A DNA stretch of 64,000 bases from Octopus sinensis (Eukaryota): assembly GCF_006345805.1 (NCBI RefSeq), contig NC_043000.1, forward strand, positions 1,364,001 to 1,428,000. Direction: 5' to 3'. Within the stretch, counting starts at the first letter, position 1. Each line of letters starts with the position of its first letter. Below, piece by piece: positions 23,817 through 35,874 of this stretch. Under the pieces are notes generated by a model that was not told the origin of the DNA, ran no database searches, and was given only the letters and a program-made list of their open reading frames with translations. The position numbers and the translations under genes were made by a program.

Positions 23817-24429
23817 TAATAATAATGATAATAATCCTTCTTACAATAGGCAGAAGGCCTGAAATTTGGGGGGTGGGGACCATTGATTACATCGACCTCA
23901 GTGCACAACTGGTACTAACTGTAAGGCGGCAAGCTGGCAGAACCGTTAGCATGCCGGGCAAAATGCTTAGCAGTATTTTGTCTACCGCTACGTTCTGAGT
24001 TCAAATTCCGCCGAGGTCGACTTTACCTTTCATCCTTTCAGGGTCGATTAAATAAGTACCAGTTACGCACTGGGGTCGATATAATCAACTTAATCCATTT
24101 GTCTGTCCTTGTTTGTCCCTCTGTGTGTAGCCCCTTGTTGCTAGTAAAGAAATAGGTACTTATTTTATCGACCTCAAAAGGATGAAAGGCAAATTCAACC
24201 TCAGCAGAACTTGGACTCTGAACATGAGGACAGACGAAATACCGCTTAGCATTTGGCCCAGTGTGCTAACTATTCTGCCAGCTCATTGCCAACATAATAT
24301 AATGTTTTGGAACATGACTTTTGGTCCACCCCGTGTATAATGTGTGTGTGTGTCTTTGTGTTTGTGTGATGTTGGTCCCCATCACTGCTTGACAACCAGT
24401 TATATCTGACATAATGTGATATTTGTTCC

Positions 24430-25320
24430 AGTTCTTTACATTCTGGGTTCAAATCACTTCAAGGTTCAACTTGCATTTCATGGCACCCGGTCGTTGCCAG
24501 TGCTGCTGGACTGACTCCCGTGCAAGTGGCAAGTAAAGAAACACCGTTTCGACCCTGTGCTTGAGGAGACCTATTGAGTCAAGTACATCAACATCAAAAA
24601 TCAATGCAAATTGTAGGTATGATCCCTGTACCGGTGGCACATAAAAAGCACCATCCGAACGTGGCCGATGCCAGCACCGCCTTGACTGGCTTCCGTACCG
24701 GTGGCACGTAAAAAGCACCAACCTGTCGTGACCGTTGCCAGCGCCGCCTTGACTGGCTTCCATGCCGGTGGCACATAAAAAGCACCATCCGAACGTGGCC
24801 GATGCCAGCACTGCCTTGACTGGCTTCCGTACCGGTGGCACGTAAAAAGCACCAACCTGTCGTGGCCGTTGCCAGCGCCGCTTTGACTGGCTTCCATGCC
24901 AGTGGCACATAAAAAGCACCGCCTTGACTGGCTTCCGTAGCGGTGGCACGTAAAAAGCACCAACCTGTCATGGCCGGTGCCAGCGCCGCCTTGACTGGCT
25001 TCCATGCCAGTGGCACATAAAAAGCACCATCCGAACGTGGCCGGTGCCAGCCCCACCTTGACTGGCTTCCATGCCAGTGGCACATAAAAAGCACCAACCT
25101 GTCGTGGCCGTTGCCAGACTCGCCTGGCACCTGTGCTGGTGGCATGTAAAAAGCACCCACTACACTCATGGAGTGTTGGTGTTAGGAAGGGCATCCAGCT
25201 GTAGAAACACTGCCAGATCAGACTGGGCCTGGTGCAGCCTTCTGGCTTCCCAGACCCCGGTCGAACCATCCAACCCATGCTAGCATGGAAAACGGACGCT
25301 AAACGATGATTATGATGATG
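24430..25320 (+). mobile_element. RTE 3'-UTR fragment with ~8 x 67-bp tandem units; further fragments ~2795-3180(-), 29005-29400(-), 32655-33345, 40150-40345, 42740-43085, 44730-45240, 47566-48265, 48835-49358, 49530-49750, 54215-54525, 56385-56675, 58525-58945, 60060-60370 (+)
   Basis: Same 3' end and GGTGGCAC(G/A)TAAAAAGCACC units as 52808-54129. Confidence 0.85.
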
Positions 25321-27000
25321 AGGTTCATTAAAATAAATACTAGTCAATATAATCAACTAGTTTCCCCCACCAAATATTAGTTATTAAGGCAGTGGATTAG
25401 CGGAATTGTTAGAGAGATGGACAAAAGACTTTACAGTATTTGTTCTGGATGTGGGATGCTGACAGAATTGTTTACATGATGGGCAAAATGCTTAGTGGCA
25501 CTTCATCCGTCTTTAATTTTTGAGTTCAAATTACACCAAGGTTGACTTTGTTTTCCATCCTTTCAGGATCAATAAAATAAGTACCAGTTGAACACTGGGG
25601 CCGATGTAATTTTATGGGAGCTTATCCCCTCCCCAAAAATCGTTGGCTTTGTACCAAAATTTGAAATCAGTAATATTATTATTTGTTGTTATTAAGGTAG
25701 CAAGCAGGCAGTTGTTACTATGTTGGGAAAATTGATTTTAATTTATAGACTAGTTTATCAAATCCCTTATATATCTAAAATACTGCCCTCTGTTCTCTCA
25801 GCCTTAGATATACAAGAGATTTGATAAACGAGTCTATAAATTAAAACTGACCCCATAAAAACAAAAAAATCAGTGACAGGCAGAGTCTGTAATAATGTAT
25901 ATCGTCTTGAAAATTTAGTAACTTCTTTGCTGGAGTGAGACAGTATGTTCTTTGTCTATCTCCTTAACTTCTTGGAGATTTTAGGTATAATTATACTAAT
26001 GTGTCCATCTGTTCTAATTTAATTAAATTCTATGTCTGTGTGCAGCTGACGATTGCTCTGCATTTTAAATTGATGGGTGTGTGTGTGTTTGTCTGTCTGT
26101 GTTTTTCCCCGCAATATTGCTTGACAACCAATGCTGGTGTGTTTACATCCCTGTAACTTAGTGGTTTGGCAGAAGAGACCAAAAGAATAAGTATTAGGCT
26201 TGGGGGCGATTTGCTCGACTAAAGGCGGTGCTCCAGCATGGCAGAAGTCAAATGACTGAAACAAGTAAAAATAAAAGAATATATAGGCGCAGGAGTGGCT
26301 GTGTGGTAAGTAGCTTGTTTACCAACCACATGGCTCCGGGTTCAGTCCCACTGCGTGGCACTTTGAGCAAGTGTCTTCTACTATAGCCTCGGGCCGACCA
26401 AAGCTTTGTAAGTGGATTTGGTAGACGGAAACTGAAAGAAGCCCGTCGTATATATGTATATATATATATGCATGTGTGAGTGTGTTTGTCCCCCTAGCAT
26501 TGCTTGACAACTGATGCTGGTGTGTTTATGTCCCCGTTGCTTAGCGGTTTGGCAGAAGAGACCGATAGAATAAGTACTGGGCTTACAAAGAATAAGTCCC
26601 GGGGTCGATTTGCTTGACTAAAGGCGATGCTCCAGCATAGCCGCAGTCAAATAACTGAAACAAGTATAAGAATATATATATATATTGATGTCTACATATA
26701 CACAACTGCATTTTGTAAGGTGTGTGTATATGGATTTTGTATATATGCATATATAGTTTGTGTCTCTTTATGTAAGACACAAGTATATGTATACCTTGCT
26801 TAATCTAGGTTTATGAAGAGACTTTATCTTGAGTGATAGACTTTGAATTCACAGGCGTGTATCTGGCTCTTCTTCAGTTTTGTTGCTAAGAGCTATATCT
26901 GATTGATAAATGACCAGTCAAGTGCTAACTTTCATCCAGTTTGTTCAGCTTATTTCAGAAAGTGTCCTTTGTAATCATATGGTTCCGGGTTCATACACAC

Positions 27001-27031
<31 letters not shown>

Positions 27032-27146
27032 CAAAGAGCAATAAAGATTCAAGTTAATTTTAAAAAATTTACTTGAATATGGTACCTAACTTAGATGCAC
27101 CAAAAAAAAACTATACTGATTTAACAATACAGTAATGTGGGGTGAT

Positions 27147-27673
27147 TATAAGCGAGAAGAAGCAACAAGAATGGATAGGTATTTAGTACGATCGTTTCAT
27201 ACAAGGACAGGTTTTATTAAAAGTGCAAAGATTACAGCATATAAACGAGTCCCGTACTCATCAGCTAAAATACATGTAAGTTCTTTAGACATCCTAGTGT
27301 TTGAGGCTATACTCATGAAGTAATGTAGATAATTAAACAGATTTCTAAAGTTCATTAAAGTTCTTTAAAGATGATGTACAGTCTTATCACAGAATTTTAA
27401 AAAACTATCAAAACTTTTTAAAATTCTGTGATAAGACTGTACATCATCTTTAAAGAACTTTAATGAACTTTAGAAATCTGTTTAATTATCTACATTACTT
27501 CATGAGTATAGCCTCAAACACTAGGATGTCTAAAGAACTTACATGTATTTTAGCTGATGAGTACGGGACTCGTTTATATGCTGTAATCTTTGCAACTTTT
27601 AATAAAACCTGTCCTTGTATGAAACGATCGTACTAAATACCTATCCATTCTTGTTGCTTCTTTCTCGCTTATA
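27147..27673. repeat. ~527-bp near-perfect palindrome containing two hammerhead motifs (family H3)
   Basis: Arms are reverse complements with a few indels; short loop near 27410. Confidence 0.9.
27549..27637 (+). ncRNA. Type I hammerhead ribozyme motif (H3), sense to WASHC4; mirror copy 27182-27269 (-)
   Basis: TTTAG CTGATGA GTACgGGAC..GTCCttGTAT GAAA CGATC GTA CTAAA; palindromic stem III ACGATCGT. Confidence 0.82.
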
Positions 27674-27991
27674 TATATATATATATATATATACAATTGT
27701 TCGTTTGTTTTCCACCTGCCTTCGTCTTTTGTCTATTTTCATAAAGCTTCCCGTTATATATATATATATATATATATATAATAAATATTAGGGAATAAAT
27801 CCAAACTTACAGGGAAAAATCAGATTTAGTATTGAATCCAATTTTATAGTAGAATATTATATTATATTAAATTAGAGACAAAACCACTATTAGGCAAATC
27901 ATACAATGAAAAACTTAAGCCAATACGTAAGATTATTTAATTTATATTATTTAAATATATAACAAAATTATTAAAAAAATATAATTAATGT

Positions 27992-28060
27992 AACACTACG
28001 ATCATTTCATGGCTGTTAATTTCTTTAAATTTTCGAATTACAGTCATTCATCAGGTGGTT
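27992..28060 (-). ncRNA. Type I hammerhead ribozyme motif (H4) within AT-rich inverted-repeat element 27781-28230
   Basis: RC: ccac CTGATGA ATGaCTGT..ACAGcCAT GAAA tgatc GTA gtgt; IR arms ~27858-28002 / 28085-28230; related fragment at 60840-60960. Confidence 0.65.
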
Positions 28061-28241
28061 TAAATATTTAACTTGGCGAGGTTTAATCGTAGTGTTATAT
28101 TAATTATATTTTTTTAATAATTTTGTTATATATTTAAATAATATAAATTAAATAATCTTATGTATTGGCTTAAGTTTTTCATTGTATGATTTGCCTAATA
28201 GTGGTTTTATCTCTAATTTAATATAATATATATATATATAT

Positions 28242-28681
28242 ATAAAGTATAGAAGCCATCTTTATATGGCTAACCACATAGGAGAGGGGGTGTTACTGTA
28301 GCTTTATAGCCCCAGGAAATCGTCGTCTCCAGCTGGCTTTAGACACCATTTCAGTGCCCTTGAAGTATTTGCAAAGGGAGGCCATCCCTTCCTTGCAAGC
28401 CTGAGTGATACGCTCAGACTAGTTTCGGGATTTTTGTCCCTTGTCAACGGGCGGTAACCACCAGGTCGCGATGAAAGAGAGGGCCGCCTTGCAAATATAT
28501 AAGAGTTTTTCTAGTGACGTCTGCCACTGATTTCAAAAAACTGACAGTAAGCATTATTAAATCTCAGAATGAGATTGAAACAGTAATCGCTCAATAATGT
28601 AAAGTATAGAAGCCATCTTAACATGGCTAACCACATAGGGGAGGGGGTGTTACTGTAGCTTTATAGCCCCTGGAGATCGTC
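28242..28681 (-). mobile_element. ~358-bp unit + partial direct repeat with a decayed hammerhead motif at 28412-28452
   Basis: Repeat TAAAGTATAGAAGCCATC starts at 28242 and again at ~28601; RC motif TTGACAA GGGA..TCCC GAAA CTA GTC. Confidence 0.6.
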
Positions 28682-29399
28682 ATATATATATATATATATA
28701 TGTGTCTTGGAAGTTTTTTATACAAATGTATGTACATATGTATGTAGGTATGTATGTCAAAAGGAAGTTTTATTTCAAACTTTATTGCAAGTTTTCACTT
28801 GTTACCTATATTCACCTCATTTTGAAGTACATCCCACCAAAATATTGCCACAGCCCACCAAGGGGACATGCAGTCTACCCTGGGAAACACTGGCCTCCAA
28901 TGGTGCACCGAGTACAAGAGTCACCCGGGGCGGATGTTTATTTGGCCACCCCTTAAAAGTTCTAATGACACTTCAAAATACCAAAAACGGTATAATACAA
29001 GTATATCATCATCATCATCATCATCGTTTAACGTCCGCTTTCCATGCTAGCATGGGTTGGACGGTTCAACTGGGGTCTGGGGAGCCCGAAGGCTGCACCA
29101 GGCCAGTCAGATCTGGCAGTGTTTCTACAGCTGGATGCCCTTCCTAACGCCAACCACTCCGAGAGTGTAGTGGGTGATTTTATGTGCCACCGACACAGGT
29201 GCCAGACGAGGCTGGCGAACGGCCACGATCGGATGGTGTTTGTTGCGTGCCCACAGCACGGAGGCCAGTCAATGCGGTACTGGCTACGGCCACATTCGGA
29301 TGGTTTTCTTGTGTGCCACCGGCACTGGTATCACAAGATACAAATTCCATTGATGTTCATCTATTTTGATTTGTTTTGATTTTCACTTGCCTCAACAGG

Positions 29400-32300
29400 T
29401 CTTCACAAAATAAAATATGCAAAATAAAAAGACAAACTGTAGCAACCATTTATTTACTTTTATTATGTTTATACACAAAAAATAATAGGAAAAATATGTT
29501 AAAGAAGAGAAGATGAGTGAATCACAAAAATAAACGATTTACAAATTGATTTTACATGCCTTCCTCTTCATGAAATCTTGAATGACCTCATCAGAATTAA
29601 TTTTATCTGCAAGGTCACGCACTATGGAGAGTGTTGCCAAATCAGTCAACCTTGTTTGACTTATTGTTCACCTGTATGTACAAACATACACACAGATATT
29701 GCTTTTACTCTTTTACTTGTTTCAGTCATTTGACTGTGGCCATGCTGGAGCACCGCCTTTAGTCGAGCTAGCAACACTAATTGCATGAGTTAGGAAGACT
29801 CTTAAAACTATTACAATGTTTGGCAATGAATCAATAAGATTATATTTCTGAATAAACTGAAGAACTTGCAAAGGTTTTGCTATATCTTCAGCATCAGCAG
29901 CCGCCAAATAATTTTGCAGTCTTGCCCTTTCAATCAGAATGTTTTCTCTCGTAATATTCTCATCAAAAGCATCTGCATCACAAGTACACTCTTTATCTGA
30001 CAAATTAGACTGTGTGAGTATTTCTTTGCAATGTCGTGAAGTCTTTTGAGTCTAGAGGTTATTTCTTCAACCAGTCTATCACTGACAACATTTCTCTCTT
30101 TAGCTCAGCATCGTAGCTGAGAACAGCATCGATACTTTCTTTGTAGCTCATTCTTTTCCTTTTGTGCATTCGATGCTCTGTGCTGATTCCCATATCAGAG
30201 CAAATTTCAGTTGAATAGGCCAATACGTCGTCTAATGTTTTGTCTCTGCTTACAAATAGAGAAGTTTTCAAGGCTGATAGTTTAATGGCACATTATTGCA
30301 ACTCCAGACCTTTCATTTGGAAGTACTTTTCAGTGTCATTAATTTCAGGAAGTATATCTCTCCAATAGTCAAGAAATTACAAGAAAGAAAATAACAGCAT
30401 TGCCTGAAGAATTAAACCTGCATCAGATCTCGTAGTTGCATTTTCTGCATTTTCCCTCAACCGTTCTAGCGCAGCGATGGTTTCCATGAATTTTGTTTGT
30501 ACATCTTCCACTCCTTCTGCTTGACTACTCCATCTTGTTTCTCCAGCCTGTTTGATTGTTGCATCAGTTATCTCAATCAAAATATCCCATCGACGAGTGG
30601 AAGCTGAGAAGAATGAAAATAAATGGTCCAATGTACCAAAACATGTAATTGAATCTGCATCCACTGAAGCTGCATGTGCAACTGCTAAATTCAGAGAATG
30701 ATTGGTGCATAGCACAAATATAATCTTTGGATTAACTTCTGTGATGTACACTTGAACACTAGATCGATGACCTGCCATTACTGCCGCATTATCAAATGCT
30801 TGTCCACGACAGTCTTGAATATTAATGTCGTCCATTTCTAATCGTTGATGTAATTTGCTCAGCATTTTTGCCTTTCATCTCAATAAAACAAAGAAAGGTT
30901 TCTTCTATTTTTACTTCCTTTTTATCTATTTTAACATAACGTAGCACCTGAGAAATTTGGTCAATATGAGAAATGTCTGGAGTACAATGAAGAATAATGC
31001 AATAGTATTTACTTTGTTTTATTTCATTGATAACTTTCTTTCTCACTTGATCTCTCAGGACGTTCACAAATTCATTCTGAATTTTTGGTGAGAGATAGGA
31101 AGTTGTAAACTTATCAATTTTTACTTTCACCAAATGTCCACATAGTCCCTGGGTCAGATTTTCCAATCAGTTGGACAAGCTCCAGAAAATCTCCTTTATT
31201 TTTATGTTCCTTCTCAACTCGAATGTCTTCCCTCTGGCCTCGTAAAGCCAGGTTTTGCTTAGCAAGAAACATTATTATGTCCAAGAATCTCGTCAAGATT
31301 TGCTTCCAGTTTTTTGTTTCATTTTCAACAAGAGTTTGTTGTTCTTTGTCTTTTACCTTGCTTTTGGAAAGGTGAATTTCTAGCTCTTTCCACTGAGTGA
31401 ACGCATTCTCATGTGCAGGGCTGGATTCATGTTCTTGTATCTTAGGATTCAATTTCCACCAAGATTTGAAACCATCAACTGAGCAAAATTTGAGTTTTCA
31501 CTTGAAAATATCTTACAGCAAAAGCAAATCATGGCTTCTTTCAATGGAGAGCAAATCATTCAAGTTCTCCAGATTTTTTTTCCATTTTGTAAAGTTCGAA
31601 AAAACCAGTTTCTTGACAGTCTTCTAGTCTCCCCTTTCAGTTTTGTTATTTGTCCTGGACATACAACTACTTTGAATTCACAGTCAGTATTTTACACAGC
31701 CTTCGATCCTTGTTGTTCAAGGATTTCCTGAATACTGTCACAGTAATTAACCCTTTCATTACAGTATTTATTTTGAGATGCTCTGTGTTTCTTTCAATTA
31801 CTTTAAATATAATAAAGAATTTAGCAAAATAACTTAGTTATCATTAAGCTAGTGTTAGGAACATAAATTGTGACTTAGGTATGGTAGAAGATTTTAATTC
31901 AAAACTTATGAAAACAAGACATTTGTACTATAGAGCCAGAGCCGGTTTCAGCCGGGTTGGTAATGAAAGGGTTAACCCTTTAGTATTTAAACCGGCCATA
32001 TCCGGCCAAAATAGCTAATCTGTTTTATGTTCAAACTGACCAGATCCAGGCTCTCACACCTACCCTACAATGTTATTCTACATTAAGTAATTGCACCATC
32101 AAGATCTTGAAGATATGAGATAATGCATGATTAATTCAAATCAATGGGAATCAATAAGCATTATGTTTGATAGAATAATCTGAACACTAAAGGGTTGAAT
32201 ATAACAAAGGATTTAGTAAAATAACTTAGTTATCATTAAGCTAGTGTTAGGAACATAAATCGTGACTAAGGTTTGGTGGAAGATTTTAATTCAAAACTTA

Positions 32301-32650
32301 TGGAAACAAGACATTTGTACTCAGAGCCAGAGCCGGTTTCAGCCGGGTTGGTATCGAAAGGGTTAAACTTAGCAGGCCACATCCCAATGTCTTTCAAATT
32401 AATATTAGAGTTTTGTTCTTTAATAGTTTGTCGTGGATCAGCATCATCAACTTCATATTCTATCTTCTTTTCAAATCACACTTCATTAACAACATCATCT
32501 CCATGATCTTTTACAGTAAACCAGTTTCATCTGGATGGTCGGGTCTGATGAGACATTTAATTATGGCATTTTCTTTTCGCCTTTCTTCTCTCATTTTTCT
32601 TTTTCTTCAAAATGCTGCACTACTGTCCTTAATTTACTTCATCTCAAATT
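29400..32650 (-). pseudogene. Decayed hAT transposase (DUF4371/ZMYM1-like group), interrupted by a SINE tail and MITEs
   Basis: Fragments HESSPAH, FLAKQNLALRG, YLSPKIQNE, TPDISHIDQ, RGQAFDNAAVMAG, CTNHSLNL, TRWSS, PNIVIVLRVFLT..ISVAS, RLTDLATLSI. Confidence 0.85.
31751..32362. mobile_element. Cluster of piggyBac-type MITEs (31751-31971, 31976-32194, partial 32203-32362); other copies 40347-40566, 57956-58176
   Basis: TTAA|CCCTTT...AAAGGG|TTAA ends, with a shared TTAA at 31972-31975. Confidence 0.8.
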
Positions 32651-33363
32651 ATATCAACCCATGCTAGCATGGAAAGCGGACGTTAAACGATGATGATGAT
32701 GATACTGTAAATTTATATGAAGAAAACTAAACAGAGTATTGACCAACCTAAAAAATAATTAACTTTCTGAATATCATCGACACACTGTCTTATCCAGTAA
32801 CACACAACATTACTAAAAGCACCATCCGAATCGTAGCCGAAGCCAGTGCCGCCTCGACTGGCTTCCATAAAATGCACCATCCGAATTGTGGCCAATGCCA
32901 GCGCCGCCTCGACTGGCTTCCGTGTCGGTGGCACGTAAAAAGCACCATCCGAATCATAGCCGAAGCCAGTGCCGCCTCGACTGGCTTCCATAAAATGCAC
33001 CATCCGAATTGTGGCCGATGCCAGCGTCGCCTCGACTGGCTTCCTTGTCGGTAGCACGTAAAAAGCACCATCCGAATCGTGGCCAAAGCCAGTGCCGCCT
33101 TGACTGGCTTCCATAAAATCCGACTGTGGCCGATGCCAGCCGATGCCAGTGCAGGTGGCACGTAAAAAGCACCCACTACACTCACAGAGTGGTTGGCGTT
33201 AGGAAGGGCATCCAGCTGTAGAAACTTTGCCAGATAAGACCGGAGCCTGGTGCAGCCTTCTGGCTTCCCAGACCCCCGGTCGAACCGTCCAACCCATGCT
33301 AGCATGGAGAACGGACGTTAAACGATGATGATGATGATGATGATGATACTGTATATTACACAA

Positions 33364-33580
33364 GGCGGCGAGCTGGCAGACACATTAGCACGCTGGGCGA
33401 AATGCTTAGCGGTATTTCGTCTGTTGTCACGTTCTGAGTTCAAATTCCACCGAGGTCGACTTTGCTTTTCATCCTTTCGAGGTCGATAAATAAAGTACCA
33501 GTTCCGCACTGGGGTCGATGTAATCAACTTAATCCCTTTGTCTGTCCTTGTTTACCCCCTTGTGGGCAATAAAGAAATAT
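33364..33580 (+). mobile_element. tRNA-derived SINE-B (GGCGGCGAGCTGGCAG head), long-tail form; other copies ~10300-10520, 16394-16460, 22521-22753, 23925-24153, 25480-25680, 34120-34320, 48420-48620, 57562-57780
   Basis: Repeated many times; 18-bp TSD ATACTGTATATTACACAA at 33346-33363 and 33581-33598. Confidence 0.85.
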
Positions 33581-34643
33581 ATACTGTATATTACACAATA
33601 TTGTGGAGTCGCAATGGCCCAGTGGTTAGGGCAGCGGACTCGCGGTTGTAGGATCGTGGTTTCAATTCCCAGACCGGCCGTTGTGAGTGTTTATTGAACG
33701 AAAAGACCTAAAGCTCCACGAGGCTCTGGCAGGGGGTGGTGGTGATCCCTGCTGTACTCTTTCGCCACAACTTTCTCTCACTCTTTCTTCTCTTGGCCTA
33801 CTTGCTTAGCCAGTGGGGTGGCATCATTTGAAGGCTAAAACAATGCGAAGCGCATTGGGACCAGTGATGTGTAGCAACATCTGATAGCCTGGTCGGTCAC
33901 GGTGATTACACAATATTAACACACAATACAAGTTTACTGATGATAAATTTAAATTTTAAGGAAATTTTAATAATTTCTATACATTATTAAAGTCTATAAT
34001 ATTTATACTGCGTTTTTATTAATCATATATCAATACAAATAAATTGTGGCACTCGGGGCAGACCCCCCTGCCCCTCTTGGTACGCCACTGCTAACCTCAG
34101 ATAGAGTTCTTTTTTACTCTAGGCACAAGGCCTGAAATTTTGGGGGAGGGGCCAGTCAATTAGATCGACTCCAGTATGCAACTGGTACTTAATTTATCGA
34201 CCCCAAAAGGATAAAGGGCAAAGTCAACCTCGGTGGAATTTGAACTCAAAACATAAAGATAGATGAAATACTACTAAGCATTTCACCTGGCATGCTAACA
34301 TTTCTGCCAGCTCACCACCTCAGATACAATTCATTTGATTAAACTTCTATTGTTGGTAAAAAAAATATAACCAAATGTTTAACAGCATGTAAACATGTTA
34401 AATGTTTTCATACTCGGACTTCTGAACATATGTAAGTTGAAATAGTATATGCCAACAGGTGGATCTTGTGAATACATGTTAACATAGGAAGCAAATGTAG
34501 GAGGCGTTGTCTAGAATGATATGGATTTCACATAGTTTTCATACACTGTGATATTTGCATATGTTATCTGTGTCAGTATTCACACTTGGTATGCAATAAT
34601 ATATTTGTGTTTGCTTCTCTGATCATAAATTAGTCCTCAGTGG

Positions 34644-34903
34644 ACATTATTTACATTTTGACGGATATTTGTCCTCATCTTGTTTGTTGTTAACACAACG
34701 TTTCGGCTGATACACCCTCCAGCCTTCATCAGGTGTCTTGGAGAAATTTCAAACCTGGGTTCTCATTCCTAAGGTATCTTTTTTGATATTGTTATTATTA
34801 TTATTATATTATTATTATTATTATTATTCAGGTCACTGCCTGGAATCAAACTCAGAATCTTGAGGTTAGTAGCCTGTGCTCTTAACCACTACGCCATATG
34901 CCC
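34644..34903 (-). mobile_element. tRNA-headed short element with (TAA)n spacer and 3' hammerhead (family H5); inverted partial duplicate 34904-34992
   Basis: RC head GGGCATATGGCGTAGTGGTTAAG (box A)...GAGTTTGATTCC (box B); hammerhead motif at 34692-34737. Confidence 0.8.
34692..34737 (-). ncRNA. Minimal type I hammerhead ribozyme motif (H5); further copies 35928-35973 (-) and 36264-36309 (+)
   Basis: GACAC CTGA(T/A)GA aGGCTG..CAGCC GAAA C GTT GTGTT; palindromic AACGTT stem III as in Penelope-type minimal hammerheads. Confidence 0.8.
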
Positions 34904-35161
34904 GTAGTGGTTAAGATCGCTGGCTACTAACCCTAAGATTTCAAGTTCAATTCCAGGCAATGACCTGAATAATAATAATAATAATAATAATATATATATC
35001 AATAATAATAAAGGGTAAAATTACCTGCGTGAGTTGGGAGTATTGCTATCTGGGAGATATCTTATGGTAGTGGAATAGTATTTAACTGCTATTTCTAAAT
35101 TTCGGTATGTGGTGAAGCAATTTAGACGAACCCTAATTATAATTATGCTTATAATTATAGA

Positions 35162-35201
<40 letters not shown>

Positions 35202-35714
35202 AGAGAGAGAGAGGTAAGTAGATAGGTGGGTAGGTCAGTAGGTAGGTAGGTAGGTCAGTAGATAGGTAGGTAGGTAGGTATGTAGCTAAGCATCCATTGG
35301 ACTCAAGAGACCATGGATCGGTACCTGGAGAATTTTGTGTCAGCTACTGTTGGTGATGCAGCATCTGCTATATCTGTACTGGCCAAAATGAGGGTGGCAG
35401 TTTTGCATTTGACTGCATTTGAAGAAGCTCTCCACCAGCACGACTGATTTTAACTGTCTTTGAGCGCCTGTTTTACTTTGGTGGCAAGTTTCAGTATCTC
35501 TTACCGTCATTCCATCCTTTTTGATAGTACATGTCTCTATGGAGACATGTTATCCTACTTGGAAACAAGTGAAGGTTGGTGACAGGAAGAGCATCCAGAT
35601 GTAGAAAAATCTGCCTTAATAAACTCTATCTGACTCATGCAAACATGAAAAAGCGAATGTTAAAACAATGATGATGATGATGATGATGCGTGACAAATGT
35701 CGTTAATTTTTCAG

Positions 35715-35854
35715 AGATTGTTGGTGAAGTCCAACTGAGAAAATATGGTAAATTTCTGGAAGAATATTCCACCCAGCTGAAGGATATTGAAGATGCTCTT
35801 GATGATTGCATTGGAGATTCTTGGGATGCTACTCTTGACCCAATCAGTCTACAG
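35715..35854 (+). CDS. WASHC4: WASHC4 exon 2 ([47 protein letters not shown])
   Basis: Acceptor tttttcag, donor GTAAGT at 35855, 140 nt. Confidence 0.95.
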
Positions 35855-35874
35855 GTAAGTTTTTATTGATGTTG

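Noticed and set aside
24630-25140. CRISPR-like appearance of repeats (also 51750-52228)
   Set aside because: Units are contiguous with no unique spacers; eukaryotic context; no cas genes
24640-25140. TACGTG hypoxia-response-like sites in RTE VNTR units
   Set aside because: Common 6-mer, present in only some units; no functional evidence
24449-25356. Overlapping 166-251 aa repetitive ORFs
   Set aside because: Read-through of the RTE 3'-UTR VNTR; no protein motifs
27147-27673. Long palindromes as assembly fold-back artefacts
   Set aside because: Arms differ by substitutions and indels and end at element boundaries; still worth confirming on raw reads
29588-29594. CTGATGA as another hammerhead (also 6649-6655, 33937-33943, and within RTE UTRs)
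   Set aside because: No stem II-GAAA-stem III-NUH arrangement; 29588 lies in hAT coding sequence
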